Shown here piece by piece: positions 1 to 10,675 of a DNA stretch of 62,175 nt. The notes below the pieces were generated by a model. It did not search any database and was not told the DNA's origin. It worked only from the letters and a program-made list of their open reading frames with translations. The position numbers and the translations under genes are program-made. Origin of the DNA: a virus (Duplodnaviria; Caudoviricetes); IMG/VR virus record IMGVR_UViG_3300043595_000031, positions 1 through 62,175 of that record, one strand, 5' to 3'. The first letter of the stretch is position 1, and the number at the start of each line of letters is the position of its first letter.

Positions 1-1637
1 TGGCGAGCAAGGGTAAGGTCTCACTCGAAGAGCTCATGCAGATCGGCGAGGCCGTCCCCGGCTTCAGCGCGGTCGCGGCGATCGCCGAGTCCATGGGCAT
101 CACCACCGCGGCGGCGATGGAGAAGATCTCCGCCGGTGAGGTCGACGCGACGACGGGCATCCAAGCACTTCTCGCCGGAATGGCGAAGTTCCCGGGCGCC
201 GCGGGCGCGATGGAGAAGCAGTCGCAGACGCTCCTCGGCGTCTTTTCCACGTTCAAGGACACCATCGGTCAGGCACTCTCCGACTCATTCGCACCGGCGA
301 TTCCCGCGATCAAAGAGGGCCTCAAGCTCCTCACGCCGATCCTCGGCGATGCGCTCCGCGAGTTGGCCCCCCCGCTGGGTGGCATCGTCGCGTCACTCGC
401 ACCCGTCCTCGGCCAGGTCATCAAGGCGATCGTGCCGATTCTCACACCGCTGCTCAACGCACTCGGCCCGGCGCTCGAGACGATCGGTCCGTCGCTGCAG
501 CCACTCGGTGAGGCACTCGGAAAGATCGTCGAGGCGCTCGGCCCGATCCTGCCACTTCTCGCTGAGTTCATCGTCTCGCTCGTGCTTCTCGCCACTCCGG
601 TGATCGAGCTTCTCGTTCCCGTCTTTCAGCTGCTCACTCCCATACTGCAGTTTGCCGCCGATGCGATCGCGGAGTTCAATAAGTTCCTCATGCAGACGGA
701 CTGGGGTGCCGTGGGTAATGAGATCGGCGGATCCTTCCTCGACGCGTGGGAAGACGTGTCTGGGTTCTTCGTTGGCATCTGGGAGTGGCTTAAGAAGGTG
801 CCCAGCGCGATCTCAGACTTCTTCACGTCGCTGCCAGATATGGTTGTGAAGTTCGTCAACCTAATGATCGATCGCGCGCTGATGGCGATCGGCGTGGGCA
901 TTGGGCTCATCATGGCGTGGTTCATCAAGTTCCCACAGATGGTCGTCTTCGCGATTCAGAACCTGCCGGGCCTGGTGTGGGGCATCATCACGAACCTCGT
1001 CACGGGTGCGAGAGAGCGAATGACCGCGTGGGGCTTCTCGATCATCGAGTTCTTCAACTCACTGCCGGAGAGAGCGGGCGCCGCACTCCTCGCACTTCGC
1101 GACACAGTCGTCAGGTTCTTCACGGACGCGTTCGATCGCGGTAAGTCGATCGTCGCCACCAAGATTAATGACATCGTCGCGTTCGTCAAGTCGATTCCGA
1201 GTCGCATCGGTGACTTCGCGGCGGACATTGGTGCACGCATCGTCGGCTTCTTTAAGAGCTTCCTGAACCGCGCCATCGACGGCATCAACCGCGGAATCGC
1301 GATGATCGATAACGGGATCCCAGGCATCAACCTGCCGCGCATCCCACGCCTCGCACACGGCGGTATCGCCTTCGGTCCGGCGATGATCGGTGAGGATTCG
1401 TCCACCGGTCCCGAGGCAGCGATCCCGCTGGGTGATCAGCGAGCGATGGCACTACTTCGCGACGCACTCGGCTCGACCGGCAGTGAAGGCATCACCTTTG
1501 AGGCGGGCGCGATCACGGTGAATGTGAAGGGTGCGCTATCGGAGAAGGAAGCTGCGAACGTGGGTAAAGCGCTGGGTGATAACATCGCGTCGACACTGGC
1601 GGCGCGCGGAGTTCGTACCGCTGTGAGGATGGCATAA
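1..1637 (+). CDS. Tape measure protein, C-terminal part (5'-truncated; N-terminal part at 61442-62175)
   Basis: Frame open from position 3 (ASKGKVSLEELMQIGE, tape-measure motif); Ala/Leu/Pro-rich helical repeats; C-terminal IPRLAHGG; followed by tail genes. Confidence 0.93.
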   Translation, partial: ASKGKVSLEELMQIGEAVPGFSAVAAIAESMGITTAAAMEKISAGEVDATTGIQALLAGMAKFPGAAGAMEKQSQTLLGVFSTFKDTIGQALSDSFAPAIPAIKEGLKLLTPILGDALRELAPPLGGIVASLAPVLGQVIKAIVPILTPLLNALGPALETIGPSLQPLGEALGKIVEALGPILPLLAEFIVSLVLLATPVIELLVPVFQLLTPILQFAADAIAEFNKFLMQTDWGAVGNEIGGSFLDAWEDVSGFFVGIWEWLKKVPSAISDFFTSLPDMVVKFVNLMIDRALMAIGVGIGLIMAWFIKFPQMVVFAIQNLPGLVWGIITNLVTGARERMTAWGFSIIEFFNSLPERAGAALLALRDTVVRFFTDAFDRGKSIVATKINDIVAFVKSIPSRIGDFAADIGARIVGFFKSFLNRAIDGINRGIAMIDNGIPGINLPRIPRLAHGGIAFGPAMIGEDSSTGPEAAIPLGDQRAMALLRDALGSTGSEGITFEAGAITVNVKGALSEKEAANVGKALGDNIASTLAARGVRTAVRMA

Positions 1638-4600
1638 TGGGCGAGTATAACCCACACGTTCCGATCATCCTCGGTCAAGAGTGGGTCGGCATTCGCGATG
1701 AGACGCTGACGTTTGAACCGACTATTAACACATCAGAGCAGGGACACAGCTTCACACTCACCGCGGCAACGCAGGTCAGTCAAGCGCGGATGTACATCGA
1801 CTCAATACCCGTGAACGGTGGCAACGGATCCGTCGCGGCCGTGTCCGTTTACCCAGCGGGCAGAGCCGCCAACTCGGGTCCGATTCGCACCGTGGACATT
1901 CCACTCTCGTCGGTCATCGTCACGGGTGACTCACCCGCGGCGATCGCCACAGTGTCGGTGAACGGCGCATCCACCGCGCTCGGAGCGCTCTACGCGCAGG
2001 GCACGGATTCGTCCGTGCGATTCGCCGGGACGTTCTCGGACTTTCGCTGGCTGTCGTGCCTCTTCGACATCACGCGCTTCGCGGGTCTTCTCCAGAATAA
2101 GAGGATCCTGAACATTCAGCTGATGTACACGGCCAACTGCACGGACAATCTCATTGAGCTCGATCCACAGCAGAACTTCGGCATTCCGAACAGCATCTTC
2201 AATACGAACGTCAACTGGACGCCGAACACGAGCCCGTTCGCGAGTAACAGTCCATTCCTCGGTCGCATCATTGCCGCACCCGACACGGGATACATCGCCG
2301 ACCTAGGTGAACTGAACTTTCACTTCAGTGGGCAAACTCCGAGTGCGAACATAAACACGACACCCGATCGAATGAACTGGAACTGGGCAGAACTCGTACG
2401 CATGGCGGGCACGGGTTCACCGTTCATCTACGTGGTGCTCGGTATGGGTGGCACCATCACACTGAGCGACAGTGTGTTCATATACTTCGTTGGACTGCGC
2501 ATTACGTACTGCGACGAGCAGCGAGTCTTGTACGGCGCGTCGGCCATTGGAAATCACAATAATAACACGGCCGGCAAGGTCGCGGTACCGGGTGCGTTCA
2601 CCATTACACTGCGATCAGCGACGACGATGGCAGCGAACATCGTCTTGCCCGCCGGTGCGTATGACGTCGTTGTCTCGTCCGCAACGCAGGCCACACCGCT
2701 TCAGCCCGTGAACGTGTTTCCACCGATCAACGCACTGCGCGAACTCTACTCGATGCCCGCGCATACGCCCGTCAAGACACGCATTCCGTTCCCGCTGGAC
2801 AACGCTCTCGGTCAAGTGTTCGATGAGCAGACGACGTCGATTCTGCCGCAGCTCTCACTTCACACAACGGGCAGCGTCATCGTTAACCCACACGCGTACG
2901 GACGCCAGGCCGCCGCGCAAGTGTACGGCGTGAACACGGCGATTCAGGACATCTACGACGTGCCAGTTGGTGGCGCGGCGTCGTTCCCACAGGTGCGGTA
3001 CTACGCGCGTCGCTTCGGTGACACATCACACCCACTCGTACTGAGCACCACGTCACCGACGATTTCCGGTAGCACGGTCTCTCTCACACCCGGCGCATTC
3101 GACGCACTCGACACCAACATCGTCGACGGGTGGAAAGACATCACACTGCGCTTTGCGTCGCCGCCTACGATGGGCACGGGACTCATTCCACGGTGGATGT
3201 GGTCGGCGACCGGCGAGACGTCATCCAGTGACCGCTGGGAGGTCATGGGTGTCTGCGCGTACGCCATCACGGGTCTTCCGTCAAATGGGCTCACACTCGT
3301 CGCGTCGCCTCAGAATCCGAGCACCGCGACGTACGGCACACCCATTTCCGGCAACGTCGTCGATCTCGACTGGATGCCGGGCAAGGCACCCACGGTAACG
3401 GGTACGACGGACGATCCGTCGACGGATGCTGTCCTCATCTTCTCGCAAGATCCAACAACGATCACTGGGCTTACGATCACACCGTCGTCAATGGCCGTCA
3501 GTGGGTTCACCGAGTGCTTTAAGGCGCCGTGCTGCACGCCGACGGCCATCGCGTACAACCGCGTGTCGTGGTCCACGCCACCACCACTCAACGCATTCTT
3601 ACTCGACACGTTCAGTCGCGTCACGGTGACGGGTACGTGGGGCACATCCGACAGCGGTAACACGTACACACTCGACGTGGGAAACACGGGCGCAGTGTAC
3701 GTGAACGGCACGCAGGGCGTGATTCAGCCGGTCGTAGTCACGGACGACTACGTCGTCTACACAAACGTCGGTTCGCCCAACCAGGACATCCGCGGCATCG
3801 TCACCATCGGTGATACGTTCGACGCCACGGGTAACCTGCGCAGTGGACTGCTGGGACGAACTACGGACGGCTCAAACTTCTACAGCCTCGAGATCAGGTA
3901 CACACCTACGGGAACATTTGAGCTGCGACTGCGAGAGCGCGTTGCCGGTGTGCAGAACGACATCATCATTATCACTCCGACGGGATTCACTCCCGCAGCG
4001 GGTGTGCCGTACAACATGCGATTCCAGCTTGACGGGCCCTCACTTCGCGGTAAGATCTGGGCGCTCGGAGTCGATGAGCCGAGCGATTGGATGATCACTA
4101 CGACCGACTCATCGCTTACGACGGGCAACAACGCGGGTGTGTTCGTGCGCGATGACTCCAGCGTTGGCACAACGACGTTCACATTCGACAACCTGACTGT
4201 GGGTCCGCCGGACTACAACTTCGGCTCGTATGAACTTCAGCGCTACGACGACATTGGGGCAGAGTGGCAGACGATCATGCTCGCCACGTCACCGGTGATC
4301 ACGGGCTTCAATGACTACGAGGCTCGCGTGGGTGTCCTCTCGTCTTACCGCGTTCGGCAGAATAACGTGCTCAACTTCTCGGGTCTGTGGTCCGTCACCG
4401 GAACGGGTACGGTTGCTGAACCGGGCGTGACGCTTCCGAGCTGCGGAGCGAGTAAGCGCGGTGTGCTCATCTTCACGAGCAACGAGGTGCAGGACGGATC
4501 ACGCAACCTTGCATATGCGATGACGTGGGATAGCGACGTCGTTGAGGACTTCGACTTCAACGAGGCGGGAACGGTCGACATTCAGCGTCACCACGACCGA

Positions 4601-4888
4601 GACTTCCAAGTCGCGTTCCACGGCAGTGAGCGCGGCGGTGAGACGTTCAGCCGGCGACTGCTTCTCGCGAATGCGGCGATCGCACTTCCACGTCTCGGTA
4701 ACACGCATGCGCTGCGAGATCTCGCGTGGGACGATCTCTCATACATCTGCGTACGTGACGACATTGGCGATCGCTGGCTCGCCGCGGTCATCGTGCCACG
4801 CGCCGAGGTGCGACGTAAGCGTCGTCTCTACAACGCAGACATCACGGTGATCGAGGTTACCGACACGCCGACGCCGGTGAACCCGTGA
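1637..4888 (+). CDS. Large minor tail protein (distal tail/baseplate, probable carbohydrate-binding domains)
   Basis: 1083 aa, Thr/Gly/Ser-rich beta-type composition, directly after the tape measure gene with TAATG overlap. Confidence 0.7.
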   Translation: MGEYNPHVPIILGQEWVGIRDETLTFEPTINTSEQGHSFTLTAATQVSQARMYIDSIPVNGGNGSVAAVSVYPAGRAANSGPIRTVDIPLSSVIVTGDSPAAIATVSVNGASTALGALYAQGTDSSVRFAGTFSDFRWLSCLFDITRFAGLLQNKRILNIQLMYTANCTDNLIELDPQQNFGIPNSIFNTNVNWTPNTSPFASNSPFLGRIIAAPDTGYIADLGELNFHFSGQTPSANINTTPDRMNWNWAELVRMAGTGSPFIYVVLGMGGTITLSDSVFIYFVGLRITYCDEQRVLYGASAIGNHNNNTAGKVAVPGAFTITLRSATTMAANIVLPAGAYDVVVSSATQATPLQPVNVFPPINALRELYSMPAHTPVKTRIPFPLDNALGQVFDEQTTSILPQLSLHTTGSVIVNPHAYGRQAAAQVYGVNTAIQDIYDVPVGGAASFPQVRYYARRFGDTSHPLVLSTTSPTISGSTVSLTPGAFDALDTNIVDGWKDITLRFASPPTMGTGLIPRWMWSATGETSSSDRWEVMGVCAYAITGLPSNGLTLVASPQNPSTATYGTPISGNVVDLDWMPGKAPTVTGTTDDPSTDAVLIFSQDPTTITGLTITPSSMAVSGFTECFKAPCCTPTAIAYNRVSWSTPPPLNAFLLDTFSRVTVTGTWGTSDSGNTYTLDVGNTGAVYVNGTQGVIQPVVVTDDYVVYTNVGSPNQDIRGIVTIGDTFDATGNLRSGLLGRTTDGSNFYSLEIRYTPTGTFELRLRERVAGVQNDIIIITPTGFTPAAGVPYNMRFQLDGPSLRGKIWALGVDEPSDWMITTTDSSLTTGNNAGVFVRDDSSVGTTTFTFDNLTVGPPDYNFGSYELQRYDDIGAEWQTIMLATSPVITGFNDYEARVGVLSSYRVRQNNVLNFSGLWSVTGTGTVAEPGVTLPSCGASKRGVLIFTSNEVQDGSRNLAYAMTWDSDVVEDFDFNEAGTVDIQRHHDRDFQVAFHGSERGGETFSRRLLLANAAIALPRLGNTHALRDLAWDDLSYICVRDDIGDRWLAAVIVPRAEVRRKRRLYNADITVIEVTDTPTPVNP

Positions 4889-5949
4889 CAACGCTGACGA
4901 CCTTCCCATTCAACAAGTGGCTCGACCTGCCGCGCTACCGCGGGCAGCGCGTTGAGCGCTTTCGCTTCGAGTGGCGAAACGGGCTCACCAACGAGACGCT
5001 TGGCTGGTTGCAGCCGCTGAAGGATTCGTCACCGCCGACGCTATCACACGACACGTCATCATCCATTAAGCGTCGCTTCTCCATTGCACTCGGCGTGCGT
5101 GACACCGCGGCGATCAACCCCATCACCGATCGCATCCTACCGTGGTTGGAGATCGGCGACGATGTGTGGCCACTCGGCCGGTACATGTTCACGGACGACA
5201 CGCGCGTCGAGTCGACGCGCGGGCAGCGTGGCACGTTCGTACTCATGGACGAGGGCTTCGCCATCGACCAGGAACTGACGACGAACTACGCGTCCACGCA
5301 GGCCGTGAGCTCGGCGGTCAGCGGTCTCGTCGATCAAGTGAATTTCATCACACAGCAGCTCGAGGCGACAGAGTTCGCGGCGACGGGTGCGTTCACCGCC
5401 GGGTCGACGCGCGGACAGGCGCTTGACGCGTACTCACAGCAGGGTGATTACTTCCCGTACTGGATGGATCACACTGGACTCTTCCGAATGATCCGCACGT
5501 TCGACCCGGGCAAGGAGATCCCGAATCTTGACTACGATGAGAACCCACGCGTAAGACGAGGGAGCATCGCCCGGAGCTCAGACGTCCTCAACGCGCCCAA
5601 CAGATTTGTCGTGATTGGCAACGGCGGTGAGTCCGCGACGGCCGCGATCTCGGGCGTGTACGACGTGCCGCCCAGCGCACCGCACTCCATCGTCAACCGC
5701 GGATTCATTCAGCAGAAGACGGAGCAGCTGCAGGTCACAAGCTCGAATCAGGCCGCGGCGGTCGCGCGGAACATGGGCATTCGCCAGACGATCTACGAAC
5801 GCATCTCGTTCGAGACGCCGATCGATCCACGTCACGACTCGTACAACGTGGTTCGTCTTCAGGACGCGAACTGGCTCGAACTCTCATGGTCCATCACAAT
5901 GATGCAGGGTGCTCCCATGCAGCACTTGGTGCGGAAGGCGTACGAATGA
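4885..5949 (+). CDS. Minor tail protein (Tal/hub-like)
   Basis: 354 aa, GTGA-coupled; PLGRY and PNRFVV segments typical of actinophage minor tail proteins; position. Confidence 0.7.
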   Translation: MTTLTTFPFNKWLDLPRYRGQRVERFRFEWRNGLTNETLGWLQPLKDSSPPTLSHDTSSSIKRRFSIALGVRDTAAINPITDRILPWLEIGDDVWPLGRYMFTDDTRVESTRGQRGTFVLMDEGFAIDQELTTNYASTQAVSSAVSGLVDQVNFITQQLEATEFAATGAFTAGSTRGQALDAYSQQGDYFPYWMDHTGLFRMIRTFDPGKEIPNLDYDENPRVRRGSIARSSDVLNAPNRFVVIGNGGESATAAISGVYDVPPSAPHSIVNRGFIQQKTEQLQVTSSNQAAAVARNMGIRQTIYERISFETPIDPRHDSYNVVRLQDANWLELSWSITMMQGAPMQHLVRKAYE

Positions 5950-6692
5950 TCGCCGACGAAGACATCATCACACTCATTGGCGCTCTGCAGGAAAACGCCC
6001 AGCGGTTGGGGCTTACGTGGACGCTCACACCCGGCGTCGTCTACTCAACCTTGCCACTCTCAGCCATCCCCGACTCGCCGGATGATACGGCGATCCCCAT
6101 ACCCGTCGTCTCACTCGTTGGGCACGTGGGCATTGGTGTACGTGTGATGATCTGCGCCGTCCCACCCGCTGGGCAGTACGTCATCGGTCGGCTGAACACA
6201 GACGTGCAGATCCTCGGTGCGAATGCAACGAACAACGGCACAGTTGCCACCGCCGTGTCGGCGACGCCGGTGCCCGTGGCTTCCGCGTCGTGGGACTCAG
6301 AACCCACATTTAAGTTTCCCAACGGACATCTCTTCAAGATTACGTTCACGGGTAACACCGCAACGGCCGGTGCCACCGCGATGTCGGGTGCCGTTCAGAT
6401 TCGTAAGGGATCCGCGTCGGCCGCGGGAACGCTTCTCATCAACTGGGCAGACGGCATTCCCGCGGGTTTCGCCAACGTCATCATCTTCAAGACGTTCGTC
6501 GGTTACATCAAGAACACGTCGGGAACCGACGTCTCGTCGGCACTCACAGTCGCCGCAGTGCGAAACACCGCGGCCAGTAACTTCTCCATCTACGGTGACG
6601 GCGCGAATCCTGTTGTCATGACAGTGGAAGACATCGGACTCGTCACGGCGCAACCGACACTCGCGATCGCCGCACAGGCCATCAGCGTCTAA
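5946..6692 (+). CDS. Minor tail protein
   Basis: ATGA overlap at 5946; last gene of the tail block; beta-rich C-terminus. Confidence 0.55.
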   Translation: MIADEDIITLIGALQENAQRLGLTWTLTPGVVYSTLPLSAIPDSPDDTAIPIPVVSLVGHVGIGVRVMICAVPPAGQYVIGRLNTDVQILGANATNNGTVATAVSATPVPVASASWDSEPTFKFPNGHLFKITFTGNTATAGATAMSGAVQIRKGSASAAGTLLINWADGIPAGFANVIIFKTFVGYIKNTSGTDVSSALTVAAVRNTAASNFSIYGDGANPVVMTVEDIGLVTAQPTLAIAAQAISV

Positions 6693-6730
6693 GTTCTCGC
6701 TATGTCGCAGTGAACGGATAGAATGATCAC

Positions 6731-7414
6731 ATGCTCTTTATCGTACCCACACGTGGACGACCGGACAACGCACGCGGACTTCTCAACGCGTGGGCCGATA
6801 CTCGCACGTTCGCCGAGCTCTTACTCGCCGTCGACTTCGATGATCCAGAGGTGAATGAGTACCAGCGACTCAAGTTTCAACTTCCGGAGTGGGCGAAGCT
6901 CGTCGTGGGGCCAATGCACATCACCCAGCGGGGAATGGTCGCGGCACTCAACCACTGGGCACTTCAGACGAACCACACGCATGAGCACATCGGATTCATG
7001 GGTGACGATCACCGTCCGCGCACGTTTGGGTGGGACGCGCACATGGCCGTCGACTCAATGACGTACGCGAACGACACGATCCAGGGTCAGAATCTTCCCA
7101 CGCAGGTGTGTATGCCTGTCCGCTGGGTATACGCGATGGGTAAGATGTGTCCGCAAAGCCTCATTCACCTTTACGTGGACAACTACTGGCGTGAACTCGG
7201 TACTCGCGTCGGTAAGCTCACGTATCTAAGTGATGTGACCATCGAGCACATGCACCCCGTCGCCGGAAAGGCCGAGTGGGACGACGGGTATAAGCGCGTT
7301 AACGACGGTAGCGTGTACGCGCACGACGCCGATGCGTACGCAAGGTACGTGAACGAAGGGCACCTCGAGGAAGATGTCACAGCGATCTTAAGGAGCATGC
7401 GCAGTGGAGTATAA
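6731..7414 (+). CDS. Glycosyltransferase, GT2/GT-A fold
   Basis: IVPTRGRP start, FMGDD (DxD-like), HLYVD and IEHMHP motifs. Confidence 0.85.
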   Translation: MLFIVPTRGRPDNARGLLNAWADTRTFAELLLAVDFDDPEVNEYQRLKFQLPEWAKLVVGPMHITQRGMVAALNHWALQTNHTHEHIGFMGDDHRPRTFGWDAHMAVDSMTYANDTIQGQNLPTQVCMPVRWVYAMGKMCPQSLIHLYVDNYWRELGTRVGKLTYLSDVTIEHMHPVAGKAEWDDGYKRVNDGSVYAHDADAYARYVNEGHLEEDVTAILRSMRSGV

Positions 7415-8027
7415 GCTCTTTGAGGGTGACGTAGCCCCCGTCTCAACGTACGAGTTTCACGAGCACCGCGATCGCGCACCGCACCTCGAGCAGGGTGTGC
7501 ACCAGGGTCGCCTCGGAATGGCGGCGGACTTCGTGCACAAGGCGGTTCTCACCGTTCGCGAGGTCGTCGCCGATCCGACACGCATCGTGAAGGTCGTCGA
7601 CCTCGGCTGCGGTGACGGTGGCCTTCTCAGTGTGATCGGTCAAGACATGAGCATCGCGCCTGTGGGCTATGACTTTCAACCCAGCAACATCGTCGGCTGG
7701 GCAGAGCGTGGACTTCTTCACAACACGTTCGCGATGAACTTTGTGGAGAACTGGCCGGTCGTCATCGACGCGGACGTGTACGTCATCACGGAGTGTCTCG
7801 AGCACCTCACGGATCCGCACGCGATGGTTCGCAACATCCGGGCGCGAAACGCGATCATCATCGCGTCGTCACCGTTCACGGAGCATCTGTCATCGCACGA
7901 CGAGTGTCACGCCTGGGCCTGGGATCCCGCTGGGTACTGGAAGCTCCTCGACGATGCTGGATTCGACGTGGTGGAACACGATCGCACGGGCATGTTTCAG
8001 GTGATCCGGGGTGAGCCGCGTGCGTAA
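7404..8027 (+). CDS. Class I SAM-dependent methyltransferase
   Basis: VVDLGCGDG motif I; TECLEHL motif. Confidence 0.88.
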   Translation: MEYKLFEGDVAPVSTYEFHEHRDRAPHLEQGVHQGRLGMAADFVHKAVLTVREVVADPTRIVKVVDLGCGDGGLLSVIGQDMSIAPVGYDFQPSNIVGWAERGLLHNTFAMNFVENWPVVIDADVYVITECLEHLTDPHAMVRNIRARNAIIIASSPFTEHLSSHDECHAWAWDPAGYWKLLDDAGFDVVEHDRTGMFQVIRGEPRA

Positions 8028-8565
8028 GCTTCGACGCTTTCACAGTTCCGCCGACCTCAGGAAGATCTACGATCACACGTATAACTCGGGGCAGTGGCCG
8101 GAGCACGTACGACGTGTCGCGTTCACGCGTGACCTCATCCAGGAACTCGTCTCCGAGCACGGACTCACGTCACTCGCTGATCTGTCCTCCGGCGACGCCG
8201 AGGTGACGAAGTCGGTGCGTGGACTGGACAGTCGGCACTACCGTGACTACAGCGATCACGGTGAAGACATCCTCTCACTGCTCAACGGACTGCTGCAGCC
8301 CGTCGACCTCTTCGTCTGCACCGAGACGATCGAGCACCTCGAGGCGCCGTGGACCGTGATTGAGAAGATCCGGGAGAAGACGAAGTGGCTCGTGCTCTCA
8401 TGTCCTAACGGTGAGAAGAACACGGAGAACTGGGAGCACTACTGGTCATTCACACAGAATGACGTTCTCGACATGCTCACGCAGGCCGGGTTCACAGAGA
8501 CGAAGTGTCACGGCCTCTGGGAGCCCGGGTGGAACTACGACTATCAGATCTGGACGGCAAGATGA
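8011..8565 (+). CDS. Class I SAM-dependent methyltransferase-like protein
   Basis: ADLSSGD variant of motif I; CTETIEHL; EHYWSF. Confidence 0.75.
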   Translation: MSRVRKLRRFHSSADLRKIYDHTYNSGQWPEHVRRVAFTRDLIQELVSEHGLTSLADLSSGDAEVTKSVRGLDSRHYRDYSDHGEDILSLLNGLLQPVDLFVCTETIEHLEAPWTVIEKIREKTKWLVLSCPNGEKNTENWEHYWSFTQNDVLDMLTQAGFTETKCHGLWEPGWNYDYQIWTAR

Positions 8566-9188
8566 AGACCTGGTCACACGAGATCGGCGTGGTGATGCCG
8601 ACGCACCCGTCACGCACAGCGAAGTTCATGACCCAGCGGGCGGTGCAGTCCGCGCTGGACCAGCAGTTCCCTGCGAGTGGGATCTCCGTGTATAATGACG
8701 TGGATCACCGCGGCGCACCGTACGCGCGACAGCGAGCGCTCGAGGCGAACACGTGTGAGTGGACCGCGTTTCTCGACAGTGATGACTACTTCTTACCGCA
8801 CCACCTCCGCACGCTCGTCAACGCGCAGCTGGAGTCGGGAGCCGACTACGTCTACTCGTGGTACATCCTCGAGCGACTCGGTGTGCGACTCGGCGACGTC
8901 GATCCGGTGTTTCCACCGGGTCACCGCTGGGATCCGTGGAACCCGGATGCCCCACGGCAGACGACCATTACGATGCTCGTTCGCACGGAGTTGGCGAAGA
9001 GCATTGGCTTCTGGGCGCCGTCCGACGAGGAGGAGTTTGAGGACGGACACCGCGTGGGAGAGGACTACAACTTCACCCTCGAGTGCAACCGGCTCGGCAA
9101 GATCTACCACATCCCGGACCAGACGTGGGTTTGGGCGCATCACGGCGCGAACACGTCGGGTCGCGGGAACCAGGGAGATGCGGGATGA
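8562..9188 (+). CDS. Glycosyltransferase, GT2
   Basis: VVMPT, GAPYARQ, AFLDSDD and GEDY motifs; ATGA-coupled start. Confidence 0.88.
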   Translation: MKTWSHEIGVVMPTHPSRTAKFMTQRAVQSALDQQFPASGISVYNDVDHRGAPYARQRALEANTCEWTAFLDSDDYFLPHHLRTLVNAQLESGADYVYSWYILERLGVRLGDVDPVFPPGHRWDPWNPDAPRQTTITMLVRTELAKSIGFWAPSDEEEFEDGHRVGEDYNFTLECNRLGKIYHIPDQTWVWAHHGANTSGRGNQGDAG

Positions 9189-10285
9189 AGGTCGTCGTGT
9201 ACCCGTCAGACCTCGGCGGCTGCGGGTACTATCGTCTCATCTGGCCGGCGAAGGTCCTGCAGAAGATGGGGCACGACGTCACCATCGTTCACCCGAAGAA
9301 CGTGAACAAGATCTCGGGTAACACGGACGAGACGGGTAAGCTCGTCGGTGTGAACATTCCAAAGGGCGCCGACGTGATGGTCTTCCAGCGCGTTACGTCC
9401 AAGAACATCATCGACGCGATCGGCATCATGCGCGACAACGGCATCGCCGTCGTCCTCGACGTGGATGACGACATGTCGACGATTCACCCGTCCAACCCCG
9501 CGTGGGCAGCACTACATCCTAAGAACGAGGCCACTCTGGAGTACAGTTGGAATCACGCGGCGAAGTCCTACGATCTCGCATCTCATGTGACTGTGTCATC
9601 CACCGCGCTCTTAAAGAAGTACGCGAGTCACGGCCGCGGAACAATTCTACACAACTTCGTACCGCAGATCATGACGGAGATTCCGCACATCGAACAGGTG
9701 AACACGATCGGGTGGGGTGGTTCCATGCACTCCCACCCGGATGACCCACAGGTCGTAGGTAACGCGATGGCTCGGATCGTACGTGAAGGCTATCGCTTTC
9801 AGATCGTCGGCCCGCCGTGGGGTACGAAGCGCGCATTCGGACTTGATGATGAACCGCTGTCCACGGGACCCGTGCCGATCGAGAACTACTGCCACACGCT
9901 GGGACGACTCGCCGTGGGTGTCGCGCCGCTGAATGACACGAAGTTCAACGCAGCGAAGTCGTGGCTCAAGATGCTCGAGTACGCGGCGGTCGGTGTTCCG
10001 TGCATTGGCTCACCGCGACCCGAGTATGTGCGACTCAATAAGATGGGCATCGGTCTCCTCGCGCAGACACCGCGTGACTGGTATCGCAATGCACGGCGAC
10101 TCCTCGATGACTTCAACTACCGGATGGACATGTCCCAGCGGGGGCGAGACATCGTACGTGAGCACTTGACCATCGAGGCCAACGCGCACAAGTGGTGGGA
10201 AGCGTGGTCTGCGGCCCTGGCGATCGAGCGTGGCCCGCTGGGCCAACGGAGCATCCAGTCGGCCGTTGGTACCGTATCGGACTGA
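9185..10285 (+). CDS. Glycosyltransferase, GT-B fold (GT4-like)
   Basis: GCGYYRL, DVDDD, APLNDTKFNAAKSWLKMLEYAAVGVP motifs. Confidence 0.88.
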   Translation: MKVVVYPSDLGGCGYYRLIWPAKVLQKMGHDVTIVHPKNVNKISGNTDETGKLVGVNIPKGADVMVFQRVTSKNIIDAIGIMRDNGIAVVLDVDDDMSTIHPSNPAWAALHPKNEATLEYSWNHAAKSYDLASHVTVSSTALLKKYASHGRGTILHNFVPQIMTEIPHIEQVNTIGWGGSMHSHPDDPQVVGNAMARIVREGYRFQIVGPPWGTKRAFGLDDEPLSTGPVPIENYCHTLGRLAVGVAPLNDTKFNAAKSWLKMLEYAAVGVPCIGSPRPEYVRLNKMGIGLLAQTPRDWYRNARRLLDDFNYRMDMSQRGRDIVREHLTIEANAHKWWEAWSAALAIERGPLGQRSIQSAVGTVSD

Positions 10286-10299
10286 TCCTGTAGATGCCA

Positions 10300-10325
10300 C
10301 CGGGACGACCTGACGGTCGTCCCGG
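10300..10325. terminator. Hairpin between convergent transcription units
   Basis: CCGGGACGACC-TGAC-GGTCGTCCCGG, 11-bp perfect stem. Confidence 0.75.
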
Positions 10326-10339
10326 AGTGTGGTTGGATC

Positions 10340-10675
10340 TTAGATTGCCCAGCTCAGTCCGCAACTCAGGCAGACCTCGGTTCGCCCGTCTTCCATGACG
10401 CGATCGCTTCGACAGTCCGGGCACTTGACTCGGCTTCTCGTCCGGTCGACTGCCGCTCGCTGATCCTGGTTGAGTCCTCCCCAGATTCCGAACTCCTGAT
10501 CCGTGGCGAACGCCCAGTCGCGGCACTGCTCCTTGACCTCGCAGCGCTGACACGCAGCGATTGCGGCCGGGTCTGTGAGGAACGTGTACTCTGGGAAGAA
10601 GATGTCCCGGTTCATTCCGGCACACGCTGCCTTGATCATCCAGTCGACGTCGGCGCGATCCATGACGATGCTCAC
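10340..10675 (-). CDS. whiB: WhiB-family transcription factor with C-terminal Zn ribbon
   Basis: AAC...FFP...CQRC...C...GIWGG pattern, then CPDC/CLSC; GTG start overlapping the upstream stop. Confidence 0.92.
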   Translation of the reverse strand: MSIVMDRADVDWMIKAACAGMNRDIFFPEYTFLTDPAAIAACQRCEVKEQCRDWAFATDQEFGIWGGLNQDQRAAVDRTRSRVKCPDCRSDRVMEDGRTEVCLSCGLSWAI

